Source: Eubacteriales bacterium (GTDB lineage: Bacteria; Bacillota; Clostridia; Oscillospirales; CAG-272). Taken from it: DNA of 33,481 bases. Position 1 is the first letter of the stretch; each line of letters opens with the position of its first letter. The stretch lies in the NCBI GenBank assembly GCA_045656925.1, contig JAZOSC010000030.1, positions 1 to 33,481 of the forward strand, in the 5' to 3' direction. The notes under the pieces are model-generated. The model was not told the origin of the DNA and searched no databases. It saw nothing but the letters and a program-made list of their open reading frames with translations. Below, piece by piece: positions 1 to 9,206 of the stretch. The position numbers and the translations under genes were made by a program.

Positions 1-1038
1 GCTACGTTCCGACTTCTTTCCACCGCAAAAAAGGCAGGCTCCCCTGCCGCACCCATCTATTTCCACGGCACCAACAAAACCGCGCACGACCTGAATGACG
101 CGCTCGACATGGGCGTCGGCACCATCGTGGTTGACAATGAGGACGAGCTTGCCATGCTTGGCGCACTTGCCACAGCACGCGGTATCACGCAAAATATATT
201 GCTTCGCATTACCCCGGGTATCGATCCGCATACCCACCGCGCCATTCAGACGGGCAACGTGGACAGTAAATTCGGCAACGCCATTCAGACAGGCCAGGCC
301 ATGCACATTACCCGTGCCGCCCTTGTCACAGACGGTGTTGCACTTCTCGGCTTCCACTGTCATATCGGCTCACAGATTTTTGAAATTAACCCCTTCCTTG
401 AGGCGGCCGATATTATGATGCGCTTTATCGCAGAGGTAAAGGCCGAAACAGGCTTTAAGGCCACTGTCCTGAATCTTGGCGGAGGACTCGGTGTGCGCTA
501 TACCGACGAGGATCCCGTGATCGATTATGACGCGGCGATCGCGGGCATTGCCGACGCCGTACACAAGGCCGCCAAAAAGGCAGGCGTTACAATGCCGCGC
601 ATTATTTTAGAGCCGGGGCGCTCCATTGTAGCGGCAGCCGGTATTACTCTTTACACCGTTGGCGGCGTCAAAGAAATCCCCGGCTTTAAAAACTATATTT
701 CAATTGACGGCGGCATGCCCGACAATCCGCGCTATGCACTTTACCAATCGGTATACACCGCAGTGATTGCAGACCGCGCAAGCGCCCCCGCCGACTACCG
801 TGCCACGCTGGCAGGCCGCTGCTGTGAATCGGGCGACCTCATCGGCGAGGATATGCCGATCCAGCGCGCAAAGCAGGGCGACGTGCTTGCTGTACTTACA
901 ACAGGTGCTTACAACTATGCCATGGCCTCTAACTATAACCGTCTGCCCCGTCCCCCCATCATTCTCGTCAAGGACGGCAAGGCGCGCGTGGCGGTGCGCC
1001 GTGAAAGCTATGAGGACCTTGTCCGAAACGACCTTTGA
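1..1038 (+). CDS. lysA: Diaminopimelate decarboxylase, 5'-truncated by window edge
   Basis: Frame 1 is open from base 1 (..IYFHGTNKTAHDLNDALDMGVGTIVVDN..), so the listed ORF 109..1038 is only the part after an internal Met. Fold-type III PLP decarboxylase hallmarks are present (GGGLGV, CCESGD, TGAYNY). Confidence 0.9.
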   Translation, partial: ATFRLLSTAKKAGSPAAPIYFHGTNKTAHDLNDALDMGVGTIVVDNEDELAMLGALATARGITQNILLRITPGIDPHTHRAIQTGNVDSKFGNAIQTGQAMHITRAALVTDGVALLGFHCHIGSQIFEINPFLEAADIMMRFIAEVKAETGFKATVLNLGGGLGVRYTDEDPVIDYDAAIAGIADAVHKAAKKAGVTMPRIILEPGRSIVAAAGITLYTVGGVKEIPGFKNYISIDGGMPDNPRYALYQSVYTAVIADRASAPADYRATLAGRCCESGDLIGEDMPIQRAKQGDVLAVLTTGAYNYAMASNYNRLPRPPIILVKDGKARVAVRRESYEDLVRNDL

Positions 1039-1071
1039 TAAAGAGCTGTATACAAAAGGAGTTTAACTGAT

Positions 1072-1767
1072 ATGTTTCGCCATTTACTGGGTGGCGGAGA
1101 AATAACAAGCTTCATCATAGGCCTTCTCCTCACCCTGCCCATTGTCATGCTATCCCTCTCCCTGCACGAAACTGCACACGGCTACGTTGCATGGCGACTG
1201 GGAGATCCCACGGCAAAGAGCCTTGGACGATTGACCTTGAATCCCATCAAGCACCTTGACCCCCTTGGCTTTCTCTCAATGGTACTGACGGGCTTTGGCT
1301 GGGCAAATCCCGTGCCTGTCAACTCCCGTTACTTTAAAAAGCCCCGTCGCGATATTGCGCTGGTAGCGGCTGCCGGCCCCGTATCCAATCTGCTGCTTGC
1401 GCTGGTCTTTTTACTTATCCTGCGTTTTCTCGGCTTTGGATACCTCGCTGCGCTTACACCCAAAACGGAGCTGCAATTCAACCTTATTTATTTTACCCTG
1501 CTCTTTCTCTACTACGGCGTGTATATGAATATCACGCTCGCCGTATTCAATCTTCTGCCCGTACCGCCCCTTGACGGCTCACGTATTCTCTACCGCCTGC
1601 TGCCGCCGCGCCTGTATTTCAAAATCATGCAGCACGAGCGCGTGATTGTGCTGGCGGTGCTTGCCCTTCTGCTGCTGGGCCCGCTTTCCTCGCTGATCAA
1701 CCTTTTTACCACACTGATCATGCGCGGTATGTTTGCACTCGTTGGCATGAAAGGCTTTCTACTCTGA
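1072..1767 (+). CDS. Site-2 protease family (peptidase M50) membrane metalloprotease
   Basis: HETAHGY (HExxH) lies in a TM segment, NLLPVPPLDGSRIL is the second metal-ligand motif, and the protein is multi-TM hydrophobic. Confidence 0.85.
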   Translation: MFRHLLGGGEITSFIIGLLLTLPIVMLSLSLHETAHGYVAWRLGDPTAKSLGRLTLNPIKHLDPLGFLSMVLTGFGWANPVPVNSRYFKKPRRDIALVAAAGPVSNLLLALVFLLILRFLGFGYLAALTPKTELQFNLIYFTLLFLYYGVYMNITLAVFNLLPVPPLDGSRILYRLLPPRLYFKIMQHERVIVLAVLALLLLGPLSSLINLFTTLIMRGMFALVGMKGFLL

Positions 1768-1794
1768 TGACAATCCGCATAAAGGAGTCACCCA

Positions 1795-2586
1795 ATGGAA
1801 AACATGACCTATAAGCTGACAGACTTTGAGGGCCCCCTTGACCTTCTGCTGGCACTGATAGAAAAAAACAAAATGAACATCCTCGATATTTCCATTTCGC
1901 TGATCTGCGACCAATACCTGGCGTTTCTGGCTGAAGCAAAGGCGATGGATATGGAGGTCACCACGGAGTTCCTCAATATGGCAAGCCAGCTGATGGTTTT
2001 TAAAAGCGAGATGCTTCTGCCGCACGAGGAGGAGGGCGAAAAGCCGCCGCGCTTTGACCTTTCCGACATTCTCATCAGGCACCAGCACGCCAAGGAGGCT
2101 GCCCCCAAGCTCCACCCCCTTTACGCTTATTTCAGCAACCGCTTTGTCAAGGATACCGATGAAATCTCCCCGGACCGCAGCTTTGTAGCCGACCAGGAGG
2201 TGGAATCCTTGCTCACGGCAGTGCGACGCATCAATGCTTACCGCGACTCCATCGAACGCGTCAAGCGGCAATTCAAGCCCATCACCAGCAAGCCCATCGT
2301 GCCTGTTGAGGGCAAAATCGTCATCATTCTTGATACACTGGAGACTCACGGCACAGCCACCCTGCGCGAGCTGTTGGCCGATGCCCCTTCCCTGGCCGAT
2401 ATGATTGCCTCGTTTATGGGTGTGCTGGAGCTGATCAAGGTGCGTAAAATTGTCATGGAGGATGATGAAAACGATGGCAACGCCGTACACGGCGAGCACA
2501 CCCGCTTCTTCCTCAATCCCGAGGCACCCACCGATGCCGAAATAGATATTGAAGCAGATTTTTCTACTGTAAAGGAGACCGTCTGA
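1795..2586 (+). CDS. scpA: Segregation and condensation protein A
   Basis: The N-terminus FEGPLDLLLALIEKNKMNILDISISLICDQYLAFL is typical of ScpA. An AAAGGAG SD sits 7 nt upstream, and scpB follows immediately. Confidence 0.9.
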   Translation: MENMTYKLTDFEGPLDLLLALIEKNKMNILDISISLICDQYLAFLAEAKAMDMEVTTEFLNMASQLMVFKSEMLLPHEEEGEKPPRFDLSDILIRHQHAKEAAPKLHPLYAYFSNRFVKDTDEISPDRSFVADQEVESLLTAVRRINAYRDSIERVKRQFKPITSKPIVPVEGKIVIILDTLETHGTATLRELLADAPSLADMIASFMGVLELIKVRKIVMEDDENDGNAVHGEHTRFFLNPEAPTDAEIDIEADFSTVKETV

Positions 2587-2587
2587 T

Positions 2588-3214
2588 ATGGCACTTGAAG
2601 ATTCCCTGCAACCAATTAAAGATCTTGAGGCCTGCATTGAAGCCGTTGTGTTTGCCGCAGGCTACCCCGTCACCTACCAGAAGCTTGCCGAGGTCACAGG
2701 GCTTGGCGTGCGCCAGGTCAAGCGACTTACCGAGCGTATCGCCCAAAAATACGAGGACGACAAGCACGGCATTATGCTGCTATGCTTTGAAGATACCTGC
2801 CAGCTCTGCACCAAGGAGCAGTACGGCCCTTATATCCGCGAGGCACTTTCCATTCGCCGCGGGGGTAACCTTTCAGGCTCCTCTATGGAGGCACTTGCCA
2901 TCGTCGCCTACAACCAGCCCGTCACGCGCGCCTTTGTAGATGCGGTGCGCGGTGTGGACAGCAGCTACGCCGTGAACTCCCTGATTGACAAGGTGCTGAT
3001 TGCCTCTGTGGGGCGTCTTGACGCTCCCGGTCGCCCCGTGCTATACGGCACGACCGACAAATTCCTGCGCGTATTTGGCCTGACCTCGCTTGAGGATCTG
3101 CCTAAAACCGAAATTCAGCTGCCCGAGCAAAAGCCGGGCGAGCAGCTTTCCATTGCCGTAGAGGCACTTGGCGACGGAGAGGCTGCCGATGCCGACCAAG
3201 CAACCGAATCTTGA
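2588..3214 (+). CDS. scpB: Segregation and condensation protein B
   Basis: EALAIVAYNQPVTRAFVDAVRGVDS and GRPVLYGTTDKFLRVFGL are ScpB signatures. The start abuts the scpA stop. Confidence 0.9.
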   Translation: MALEDSLQPIKDLEACIEAVVFAAGYPVTYQKLAEVTGLGVRQVKRLTERIAQKYEDDKHGIMLLCFEDTCQLCTKEQYGPYIREALSIRRGGNLSGSSMEALAIVAYNQPVTRAFVDAVRGVDSSYAVNSLIDKVLIASVGRLDAPGRPVLYGTTDKFLRVFGLTSLEDLPKTEIQLPEQKPGEQLSIAVEALGDGEAADADQATES

Positions 3215-3250
3215 TCTGGTTACACAAAATACAACAAGGGAGGTGAATGT

Positions 3251-3817
3251 ATGCCCGTATGGCCCTTTGTGCTCGGCAGCATATTGCTGCTTATTGTATG
3301 CATGATTCTTCTGCTGCGTGTACGTGTCAGCGCGGCATACAGCACAAGCGGCGGTATTACCGTCCGTATCCACCTGCTTTTCTTCCGTTTTACCGTTTTT
3401 CCGCGCCGCGCAAGGCCCCTGACCATACACCTCATTCGTCTTGGCTCCAAAATCGGGTTTGCCATGCTGCCCTACGCAAAAATTTACATTGCACGCATGC
3501 ACATCCGCGTAGCGAGCGCCGATGCTGCCGAAACCGCGCTCCTTTACGGTGCCGTTTCAGGCGCTACGGCATCAGCCCTGGCATCTCTCGGTCACCTGCG
3601 CCCCACCAAGGTCAATACGCGCCACGCGACCATTGTCGCAGATTATCTTTCCACTACCCCCTCCGTTGACGTGAAATTTGTGGCATCTGCAGGCTTCTTG
3701 CGTGCCATGCGTGTGTTACCCCCCGTCCTGAAAAAGGAGCTTCCCCCCTTCCTTACCTTTATCCGTGAACGGAAAAAACGGGAAAAGGATCGTCTGCGTC
3801 ACACAACCAAACTATAA
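3251..3817 (+). CDS. DUF2953-like (YtfI-like) sporulation membrane protein
   Basis: It has an N-terminal TM segment and a basic C-terminus, and sits directly upstream of the gerW/ytfJ homolog as in other Firmicutes. A GGGAGG SD lies 7 nt upstream. The family call is from context and memory. Confidence 0.55.
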   Translation: MPVWPFVLGSILLLIVCMILLLRVRVSAAYSTSGGITVRIHLLFFRFTVFPRRARPLTIHLIRLGSKIGFAMLPYAKIYIARMHIRVASADAAETALLYGAVSGATASALASLGHLRPTKVNTRHATIVADYLSTTPSVDVKFVASAGFLRAMRVLPPVLKKELPPFLTFIRERKKREKDRLRHTTKL

Positions 3818-3853
3818 ATATCGGCAAAGCTGCCGTCAGAAAGGAGCCTTACC

Positions 3854-4351
3854 ATGGCTGAAAATGAAAACAAATTACAGGATATGATCCGCACCTCACT
3901 TGAAAGCATCCGCGCAATGGTAGATGCCAACACCGTTGTGGGCACCCCCATTGAAACGGCGTCGGGCACCACCATTATCCCGATTTCCAAAATCTCGGTA
4001 GGCTACGCCTCGGGCGGTGCTGATACCAAAAAGGATCCTGCCGCACGTACGCTGTTTGCGGGTGGCGGCGGCACCGGCCTTTCAATTCAGCCCGTCTGCT
4101 TTGTTGCCGTAACCGCCGCAGGCGAGGTAGAGGTTCTGCCGCTTGGCGGCAACGGCGCTGCACCCGATGCCATTGAAAAGCTTACCGTTGCCATTGAAAA
4201 GGCCCCCGACATTCTCGCCCGCATCAAGGCCGTATTCCCCGATTTCGGCAGTAAAAAGAAAAGGGCAGACGACGAGGACGCCATTGAGGACGTGGCAAAG
4301 GAGGCCGCCAAGGTCGCCCAGGACGTCATGGATGAGGACGACGAAATCTGA
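3854..4351 (+). CDS. ytfJ: GerW/YtfJ family sporulation protein
   Basis: TVVGTPIETASGTTIIPISKISVGYASGG and GGGGTGLSIQPVCFVAV match the YtfJ/GerW pattern; the C-terminal tail is acidic. Confidence 0.8.
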   Translation: MAENENKLQDMIRTSLESIRAMVDANTVVGTPIETASGTTIIPISKISVGYASGGADTKKDPAARTLFAGGGGTGLSIQPVCFVAVTAAGEVEVLPLGGNGAAPDAIEKLTVAIEKAPDILARIKAVFPDFGSKKKRADDEDAIEDVAKEAAKVAQDVMDEDDEI

Positions 4352-4427
4352 TAGCATATAACACACGCACGCTCCATATAGTCAAATAGACGATAACCGC
4401 CGATTACGGCGGTACAGGAGGTGCTTG

Positions 4428-5591
4428 ATGCGTCCTTTTTTGCGTATTGCTGCTCTGATATTGCTTTTGGCAACGGCTGTGCTTTTTCTGCTCCCCGTAG
4501 GAGGGACGGTTCCCCTATCCCCCCCGCCATCAACCGATACCTCTCTCCCCACGCCCCCCAATACAGGGGCATCCTCTGCCGTGCTTTTGGATATGACTGG
4601 GGACCGCTTTTTGCTGCTGCAAAATGCAGACGAGCGCCGCCCGATGGCCAGCACCACGAAGATTATGACTGCACTTGTCGTATTGGAGCAAAAGGGGCTT
4701 GACGAGGTGGTGACCGTGTCGCCCGAGGCGGTTGGTGTGGAGGGTAGCTCCATCTATCTTTTTGCAGGGGAGCAGATTACGGTACGGACACTGCTTTATG
4801 CCCTGCTCCTTTCCTCTGCCAATGATGCAGCGGTGGCACTTGCCTGCTACACGGCAGGAAGCGTGGCGGCATTTGCCGCACTGATGAATACGCGTGCCGC
4901 AGACATGGGGCTTACCGACACACATTTTACCAATCCGCACGGCCTTTACGACGAGGCGCACTATACCACCGCACGCGAGCTTGCGCTGATTGCGCGTGAG
5001 GCTTTACAAAACAAAACGTTTGCCGAAATCGTCGCCACTCCACGCTATTCCGCCCCCCAGCTTGGCGAGGGCGGCACGCGTTTGTTTCTCAATCACAACC
5101 GCCTGCTCAAAAGCTATGAAGGCACCGTGGGCGTGAAAACAGGCTTTACCAAAAAAAGCGGGCGATGCCTTGTCAGCGCGGCAGCACGCGAGGGACTTCT
5201 GTTGCTTGCCGTAACCCTGAATGACGGAAGCGACTGGCAGGACCACAAGATGCTGTTTGATTGGGGCTTTGCACATTACGAGTGCTTTTCCCCCACACCC
5301 ACCGCCCTCACGCTGCCCGTGGTAGGCGGCACTGCCGGCACCGTCACTATCCTGCCCGCAGGCACCGTTTCACTGACGTTGCCGCGCACACACGGTGAGA
5401 TTACCTGCGTGACCGAGCTGCCGCGTTTTTTATTCGCCGGCTTTGAGGCCGAAAGAGCCGTGGGAAGATTATTATATTATATGGACGGCAAGCTTATTGC
5501 CACGGTACCGCTGCAAACTGCAGAGGCAATACAGCGCGAACTGCCGCACCGTGGATTTTTGAAAAAATTAAAGGACATTTTTATCAAATAA
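4428..5591 (+). CDS. dacB: D-alanyl-D-alanine carboxypeptidase (S11, PBP5/DacB-like)
   Basis: Signal peptide plus SxxK (MASTTK), SxN (SSANDAA) and KTG (VKTGFT) motifs. The ATG at 4428 lies 6 nt after AGGAGG; the listed start at 4425 is a TTG. Confidence 0.85.
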   Translation: MRPFLRIAALILLLATAVLFLLPVGGTVPLSPPPSTDTSLPTPPNTGASSAVLLDMTGDRFLLLQNADERRPMASTTKIMTALVVLEQKGLDEVVTVSPEAVGVEGSSIYLFAGEQITVRTLLYALLLSSANDAAVALACYTAGSVAAFAALMNTRAADMGLTDTHFTNPHGLYDEAHYTTARELALIAREALQNKTFAEIVATPRYSAPQLGEGGTRLFLNHNRLLKSYEGTVGVKTGFTKKSGRCLVSAAAREGLLLLAVTLNDGSDWQDHKMLFDWGFAHYECFSPTPTALTLPVVGGTAGTVTILPAGTVSLTLPRTHGEITCVTELPRFLFAGFEAERAVGRLLYYMDGKLIATVPLQTAEAIQRELPHRGFLKKLKDIFIK

Positions 5592-5602
5592 AGGAGATGC
5601 AA

Positions 5603-6325
5603 ATGGACACCGTAAGATTACAGAAATATTTTACCGATTGCGGTGTTCTCTCGCGCAGGGCGGCCGAGGCAGAGATTGCCGCAGGGCGCGTCACAGTAAA
5701 CGGCACGGTTGCCACCCTTGGTATGCGCGTAGCCCCCGGTTTGGATACTGTTTTATGGAACGGCCGTGAGGTAGCCCCCACCGCCCTGCAAAAATATTAC
5801 ATTCTATTAAATAAGCCGCGCGGCTTCGTCACCACCCTTTCCGACGAGCAGGGACGCAAAACGGTAGCCGAACTTGTGCGTGACGTCGGTGCACGTGTAT
5901 ATCCCATAGGACGCCTTGATATGGATTCCGACGGGCTTCTGCTTCTCACCAGCGACGGCGCACTGGCCAACCGTCTGATGCACCCCCGTCATGAGATACC
6001 CAAGCATTATCGCGTGACGGTTAGAGGTAAGGTCACGGGCGAGGTGCTTGACCGCCTCGGCAGGCCCTTCCTGCTTGACGGCTACAAAACGCTCCCCGTG
6101 GCGGTCGCACGTGTATCAGAGGACGCAAGCAGCACGGTGCTTTCCTTTACGCTTTACGAGGGACGGAATCGTCAAATACGCCGTATGTGCGAGGAGGTGG
6201 GGCTCTCGGTCACACACCTGACGCGCGTCGCAATCGGCGCCCTCTCCCTTGGCGATGTTGCCGAGGGCAGGTGGCGGCACCTCACCGCGGCTGAGGTTGA
6301 TTATCTCTTTGGGCGAGGTGAATGA
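5603..6325 (+). CDS. rluB: 23S rRNA pseudouridine synthase, RsuA/RluB family, with S4 domain
   Basis: An S4-like N-terminus (RLQKYFTDCGVLSRRAAE) and the catalytic motif GRLDMDSDGLLLLTSDG. The second ATG (5603) has better spacing from the AAGGAG SD than 5597. Confidence 0.85.
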   Translation: MDTVRLQKYFTDCGVLSRRAAEAEIAAGRVTVNGTVATLGMRVAPGLDTVLWNGREVAPTALQKYYILLNKPRGFVTTLSDEQGRKTVAELVRDVGARVYPIGRLDMDSDGLLLLTSDGALANRLMHPRHEIPKHYRVTVRGKVTGEVLDRLGRPFLLDGYKTLPVAVARVSEDASSTVLSFTLYEGRNRQIRRMCEEVGLSVTHLTRVAIGALSLGDVAEGRWRHLTAAEVDYLFGRGE

Positions 6326-6326
6326 C

Positions 6327-6620
6327 ATGTCCTCTACCGAAGCTGCGCTCAACCGCCTTGACCTCTTTTTACGCACCTATCCCGTACGCGTTCTGAAGCA
6401 ACAAACGCTCGGCGGTGTAACCGCCGATTACCACTGCCCCCTTGCAGGCATTGCCATTTTGCTTGTCAAAGCCCCGCAGGACGATGCGCGCAAAAAGGCA
6501 CTGACCGCGCAGGGGCTCACGGTGCTCACCCTACGCACGACCGCGCTCACCAAAAGCTTTGACGAGGTTTGCACCTTTATTGATGATAATATCAAGCGCG
6601 CACTGACAACCAAAAGCTAA
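6327..6620 (+). CDS. Hypothetical small protein, weakly DUF559/endonuclease-fold-like
   Basis: The ATG at 6327 lies 1 nt after the rluB stop (TGAcATG), suggesting coupling. The core ADYHCPLAGIAILLVKAP..GLTVLTL only loosely resembles DUF559. A strong terminator follows. Confidence 0.4.
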   Translation: MSSTEAALNRLDLFLRTYPVRVLKQQTLGGVTADYHCPLAGIAILLVKAPQDDARKKALTAQGLTVLTLRTTALTKSFDEVCTFIDDNIKRALTTKS

Positions 6621-6654
6621 ACAGGTGATACCATTTGGTAACACCTGTTTTTCC
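6620..6654 (+). terminator. Rho-independent terminator after the rluB operon
   Basis: ACAGGTGATACC-ATTT-GGTAACACCTGT hairpin followed by TTTTT. Confidence 0.8.
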
Positions 6655-6812
6655 TTTATAACAGATAATTCCCCCCAAGCTGTAACGGGCGTTATACGAA
6701 AAAACACGCTTTTTGCCGTTTTTGGAGCCAAAAAACAGCATTTTGGGCAGAATTGGTAATCTTTACCAATTATTTGGCAGAATTTTTGGTTTATATTTCG
6801 GATTGGAAACTC

Positions 6813-6841
6813 TTGTATTTATTGGTAAAATATGGTAATAT
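6813..6841 (+). promoter_or_regulatory. Candidate sigma-A promoter of spo0A
   Basis: TTGTAT, a 17 nt spacer, then TAATAT with a TGg extended -10, about 43 nt upstream of the spo0A ATG. Confidence 0.5.
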
Positions 6842-6883
6842 GAAGGTGCAAGAAAAATCACTTGATTTCGGAGGTTTTCAACA

Positions 6884-7663
6884 ATGGAATACAACACAAA
6901 AATACTCATTGCCGATGAAAACGCAGGAGAGCGACAAATTCTGCGTGAGGCGCTTTCACGCGCGGGCTGGCGATTGATTGACGAGGCCGCCAACGGAGAG
7001 GAGGCGCTGAAAAAGCTGACCGCCAATCATTACGACGCGGCGCTGATTGATATGATGCTTACGCGCCTCGACGGCATCGGCGTACTGCGTAGCTACAAGT
7101 CCACCCTCAATCCCACTGACACCGCACCCGTGATGCTGGTGATTTCCCCCATCGCCAACCAGACGATGATTGCCGAGGCCGTGGCGGCGGGCGCCGACCT
7201 CTGCCTGATGAAGCCCTACGATAAGGAAAGCCTTTGCGAGCATCTGCGCCGTCTGCTGGCAGGGCGCGGCAACACGGGGACTACATCCAAAAAGAGTGCG
7301 GATTCCATTCCCGATATTGAAACACAGGTCACCAAAATCATTCACCAGATTGGCGTACCCGCACACATCAAGGGCTACCAGTACCTGCGTACTGCAATTC
7401 TTCTGACCATTCAGGACAGCGACATTATCAACAGTGTAACCAAGGTGCTCTACCCCTCGGTTGCAAAGAAATACCAGACCACCACCAGCCGCGTAGAACG
7501 CGCCATTCGCCACGCGATCGAGGTCGCGTGGGATAGAGGCGACGTGGATACCCTCAATTCCTATTTTGGCTACACCATTCAAAACAACCGCGGCAAGCCC
7601 ACCAATTCGGAGTTTATCGCAATGATTGCGGATAATTTGAGGCTCAGGTATAAGCTCTATTAA
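6884..7663 (+). CDS. spo0A: Sporulation master regulator Spo0A
   Basis: A receiver domain ([21 protein letters not shown]) plus the diagnostic Spo0A C-terminal domain ([50 protein letters not shown]). Confidence 0.97.
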   Translation: MEYNTKILIADENAGERQILREALSRAGWRLIDEAANGEEALKKLTANHYDAALIDMMLTRLDGIGVLRSYKSTLNPTDTAPVMLVISPIANQTMIAEAVAAGADLCLMKPYDKESLCEHLRRLLAGRGNTGTTSKKSADSIPDIETQVTKIIHQIGVPAHIKGYQYLRTAILLTIQDSDIINSVTKVLYPSVAKKYQTTTSRVERAIRHAIEVAWDRGDVDTLNSYFGYTIQNNRGKPTNSEFIAMIADNLRLRYKLY

Positions 7664-7697
7664 TAAAAAAAGGACAGAGCATACTCTGTCCTTTTCT
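7664..7697. terminator. Bidirectional terminator between spo0A and the convergent hydrolase gene
   Basis: AAAAAAA-GGACAGAG-CATA-CTCTGTCC-TTTT. Confidence 0.85.
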
Positions 7698-7702
7698 GTA
7701 CC

Positions 7703-8587
7703 TTAATAATAAAACGCGTGGTTGCCGATTTTGCCGAAATAAGCGCGGTTACGGCTGGCCCAGCTGTTTGGTGCCTTCACGGGGTTTACAAAATAGAGAA
7801 TCCCTGTACTGATGCTATACCCCTCAAGGCAGATTTTGGCGGCGATGATGCTCTCCTCGGTGGGGGAGTGGTATATCGTGCCGTTTGCGGCAGGGGTAAA
7901 CTGCACGCCGTATTTCTTATCAAAGATAACACTGTAAATGGTATTGGGAAAGCTACGCTCGCGCACGCGGTTGAGGATGACGTTACCGACGGCAATTTTG
8001 CCGCGCAGCGGCTCGCCCTTGGCCTCGGCGCTGATGATGCGCGAGAGCCAATAAACCTCATCGCTTCTGTAATAACTCGCGGCGGGGGTGATTCCACCGC
8101 TGCCGCGTGTGACGGCAAAGCCGCCAAGGGTATTGCTCCATTTAATGCCTGCGCCAAATGCGCGGTAAAGCTGCATAATGGGTGCGTACATCGTGCCGTT
8201 TTTCATAAAGATAGGCTGCTCGTCATAAAGATATCTGCCATTGGCGACGATATAATTGCTGCCGTCCGTACAAGTAAGCGTCAATTTACTTGACCGCACG
8301 GTCAGTGTGCGTGTATCCGCGCTGTATGTAACCGAAGCCGTAGAATCCAAATCGGTGGAAAATCTGCGAATTTCCACATACGTGGTATTGTTTTTGACCT
8401 GAACACTACCCGAAAACGGTCTACCGTCTATGGTGACACGCACATAAGAGGATGCCGCTGCGGCAAGCGGCAAAGCTGAAACAAGAGAAAAGGTCAGCAG
8501 AAGGCATATCAAAAGCTTCTTCAAAAATGCGTCCTTTCTTGTCTGCATGCAAACGGTTGAATTGTAAAATCGCGAAAATTTACACAT
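7703..8587 (-). CDS. Cell wall hydrolase (SleB/CwlJ Hydrolase_2 family) with N-terminal copper-amine-oxidase-like stalk domain
   Basis: C-terminal IISAEAKGEPLRGKIAVGNVILNRV..IYSVIF..QFTP is the SleB-type catalytic domain. The N-terminus has a signal peptide and a TIDGRPF..NNTTYV repeat-like domain. The start could instead be 8548. Confidence 0.8.
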   Translation of the reverse strand: MCKFSRFYNSTVCMQTRKDAFLKKLLICLLLTFSLVSALPLAAAASSYVRVTIDGRPFSGSVQVKNNTTYVEIRRFSTDLDSTASVTYSADTRTLTVRSSKLTLTCTDGSNYIVANGRYLYDEQPIFMKNGTMYAPIMQLYRAFGAGIKWSNTLGGFAVTRGSGGITPAASYYRSDEVYWLSRIISAEAKGEPLRGKIAVGNVILNRVRERSFPNTIYSVIFDKKYGVQFTPAANGTIYHSPTEESIIAAKICLEGYSISTGILYFVNPVKAPNSWASRNRAYFGKIGNHAFYY

Positions 8588-8660
8588 CTATTCTACCATA
8601 TAGACGCAGGAAAAGCAAGGAACAATATTTGGCAATCAGGGCTCCCATGCCCTTATACCA

Positions 8661-8864
8661 TCATTCGTCGGCGCGGTACTCCATAATATCCTCAATCGAA
8701 CAGGAAAGCACCCTGCAAAGCTTATTGAGGGTTTTGGTTTCCATATTATCGTTCGCGCGCAAGCGGCGCACGGTCTTACTGTCAATACCGCATTTTTCAC
8801 GCAGCTGATAGGTGGAAACACCCTTTCTTTCCATCGTCACCCACAATTTGTCAAATACAATCAT
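8661..8864 (-). CDS. XRE/Cro-family helix-turn-helix transcriptional regulator (67 aa)
   Basis: MIVFDKLWVTMERKGVSTYQLREKCGIDSKTVRRLRAN..LNKLCRVLSCSIEDIMEY is a classic short HTH. The ATG at 8864 is preceded by a GGGGGTGA SD; the listed start at 8888 is a TTG inside the divergent promoter. Confidence 0.85.
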   Translation of the reverse strand: MIVFDKLWVTMERKGVSTYQLREKCGIDSKTVRRLRANDNMETKTLNKLCRVLSCSIEDIMEYRADE

Positions 8865-8881
8865 ATATTCACCCCCACATC

Positions 8882-8910
8882 TTGACAATTCCTATTATGG
8901 GGGTTATAAT
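8882..8910 (+). promoter_or_regulatory. Consensus sigma-A promoter driving the 81-aa ORF, with operator-like repeats
   Basis: TTGACA, a 17 nt spacer, then TATAAT, all exact. GGGGGTTATAATCC overlaps the -10 and is repeated as GGGGATATAATCCCC (arms GGGGAT/ATCCCC) at about 8923-8937. Confidence 0.7.
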
Positions 8911-8960
8911 CCAATTTATTAAGGGGATATAATCCCCACACCAACCAAATAGGAGGTTTT

Positions 8961-9206
8961 ATGGAATTATACAAGGGAATTTTGTGCCATGCGCTTCAGG
9001 ACAGCAGAATTGAGGTGACATTCCCCGACTTGAAGCCTGCAAGCGATTTACTCGGAGAAGTCTGTTACCGCACCTTGAAAAAAATAAAGGAGGTTCTGGA
9101 GAGTCAGGAGAAAAGCGATGGCGAATGCTTTGAAAGCATTGAAAACATCATAGAAATTTTTGAAAGCATTGGCTGCAGCATTCACGGCAGACATGATTAC
9201 GGATAA
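8961..9206 (+). CDS. Hypothetical small acidic protein (81 aa), divergent partner of the XRE regulator
   Basis: AGGAGG SD 6-7 nt upstream and a perfect promoter. I recognise no family for it. Confidence 0.6.
   Translation: MELYKGILCHALQDSRIEVTFPDLKPASDLLGEVCYRTLKKIKEVLESQEKSDGECFESIENIIEIFESIGCSIHGRHDYG

Noticed and set aside
1759-2637. 292-aa ORF on the - strand
   Set aside because: Antisense to scpA; no motifs; shadow ORF.
6956-7582. 208-aa ORF on the - strand
   Set aside because: Antisense to spo0A, which is unambiguous.
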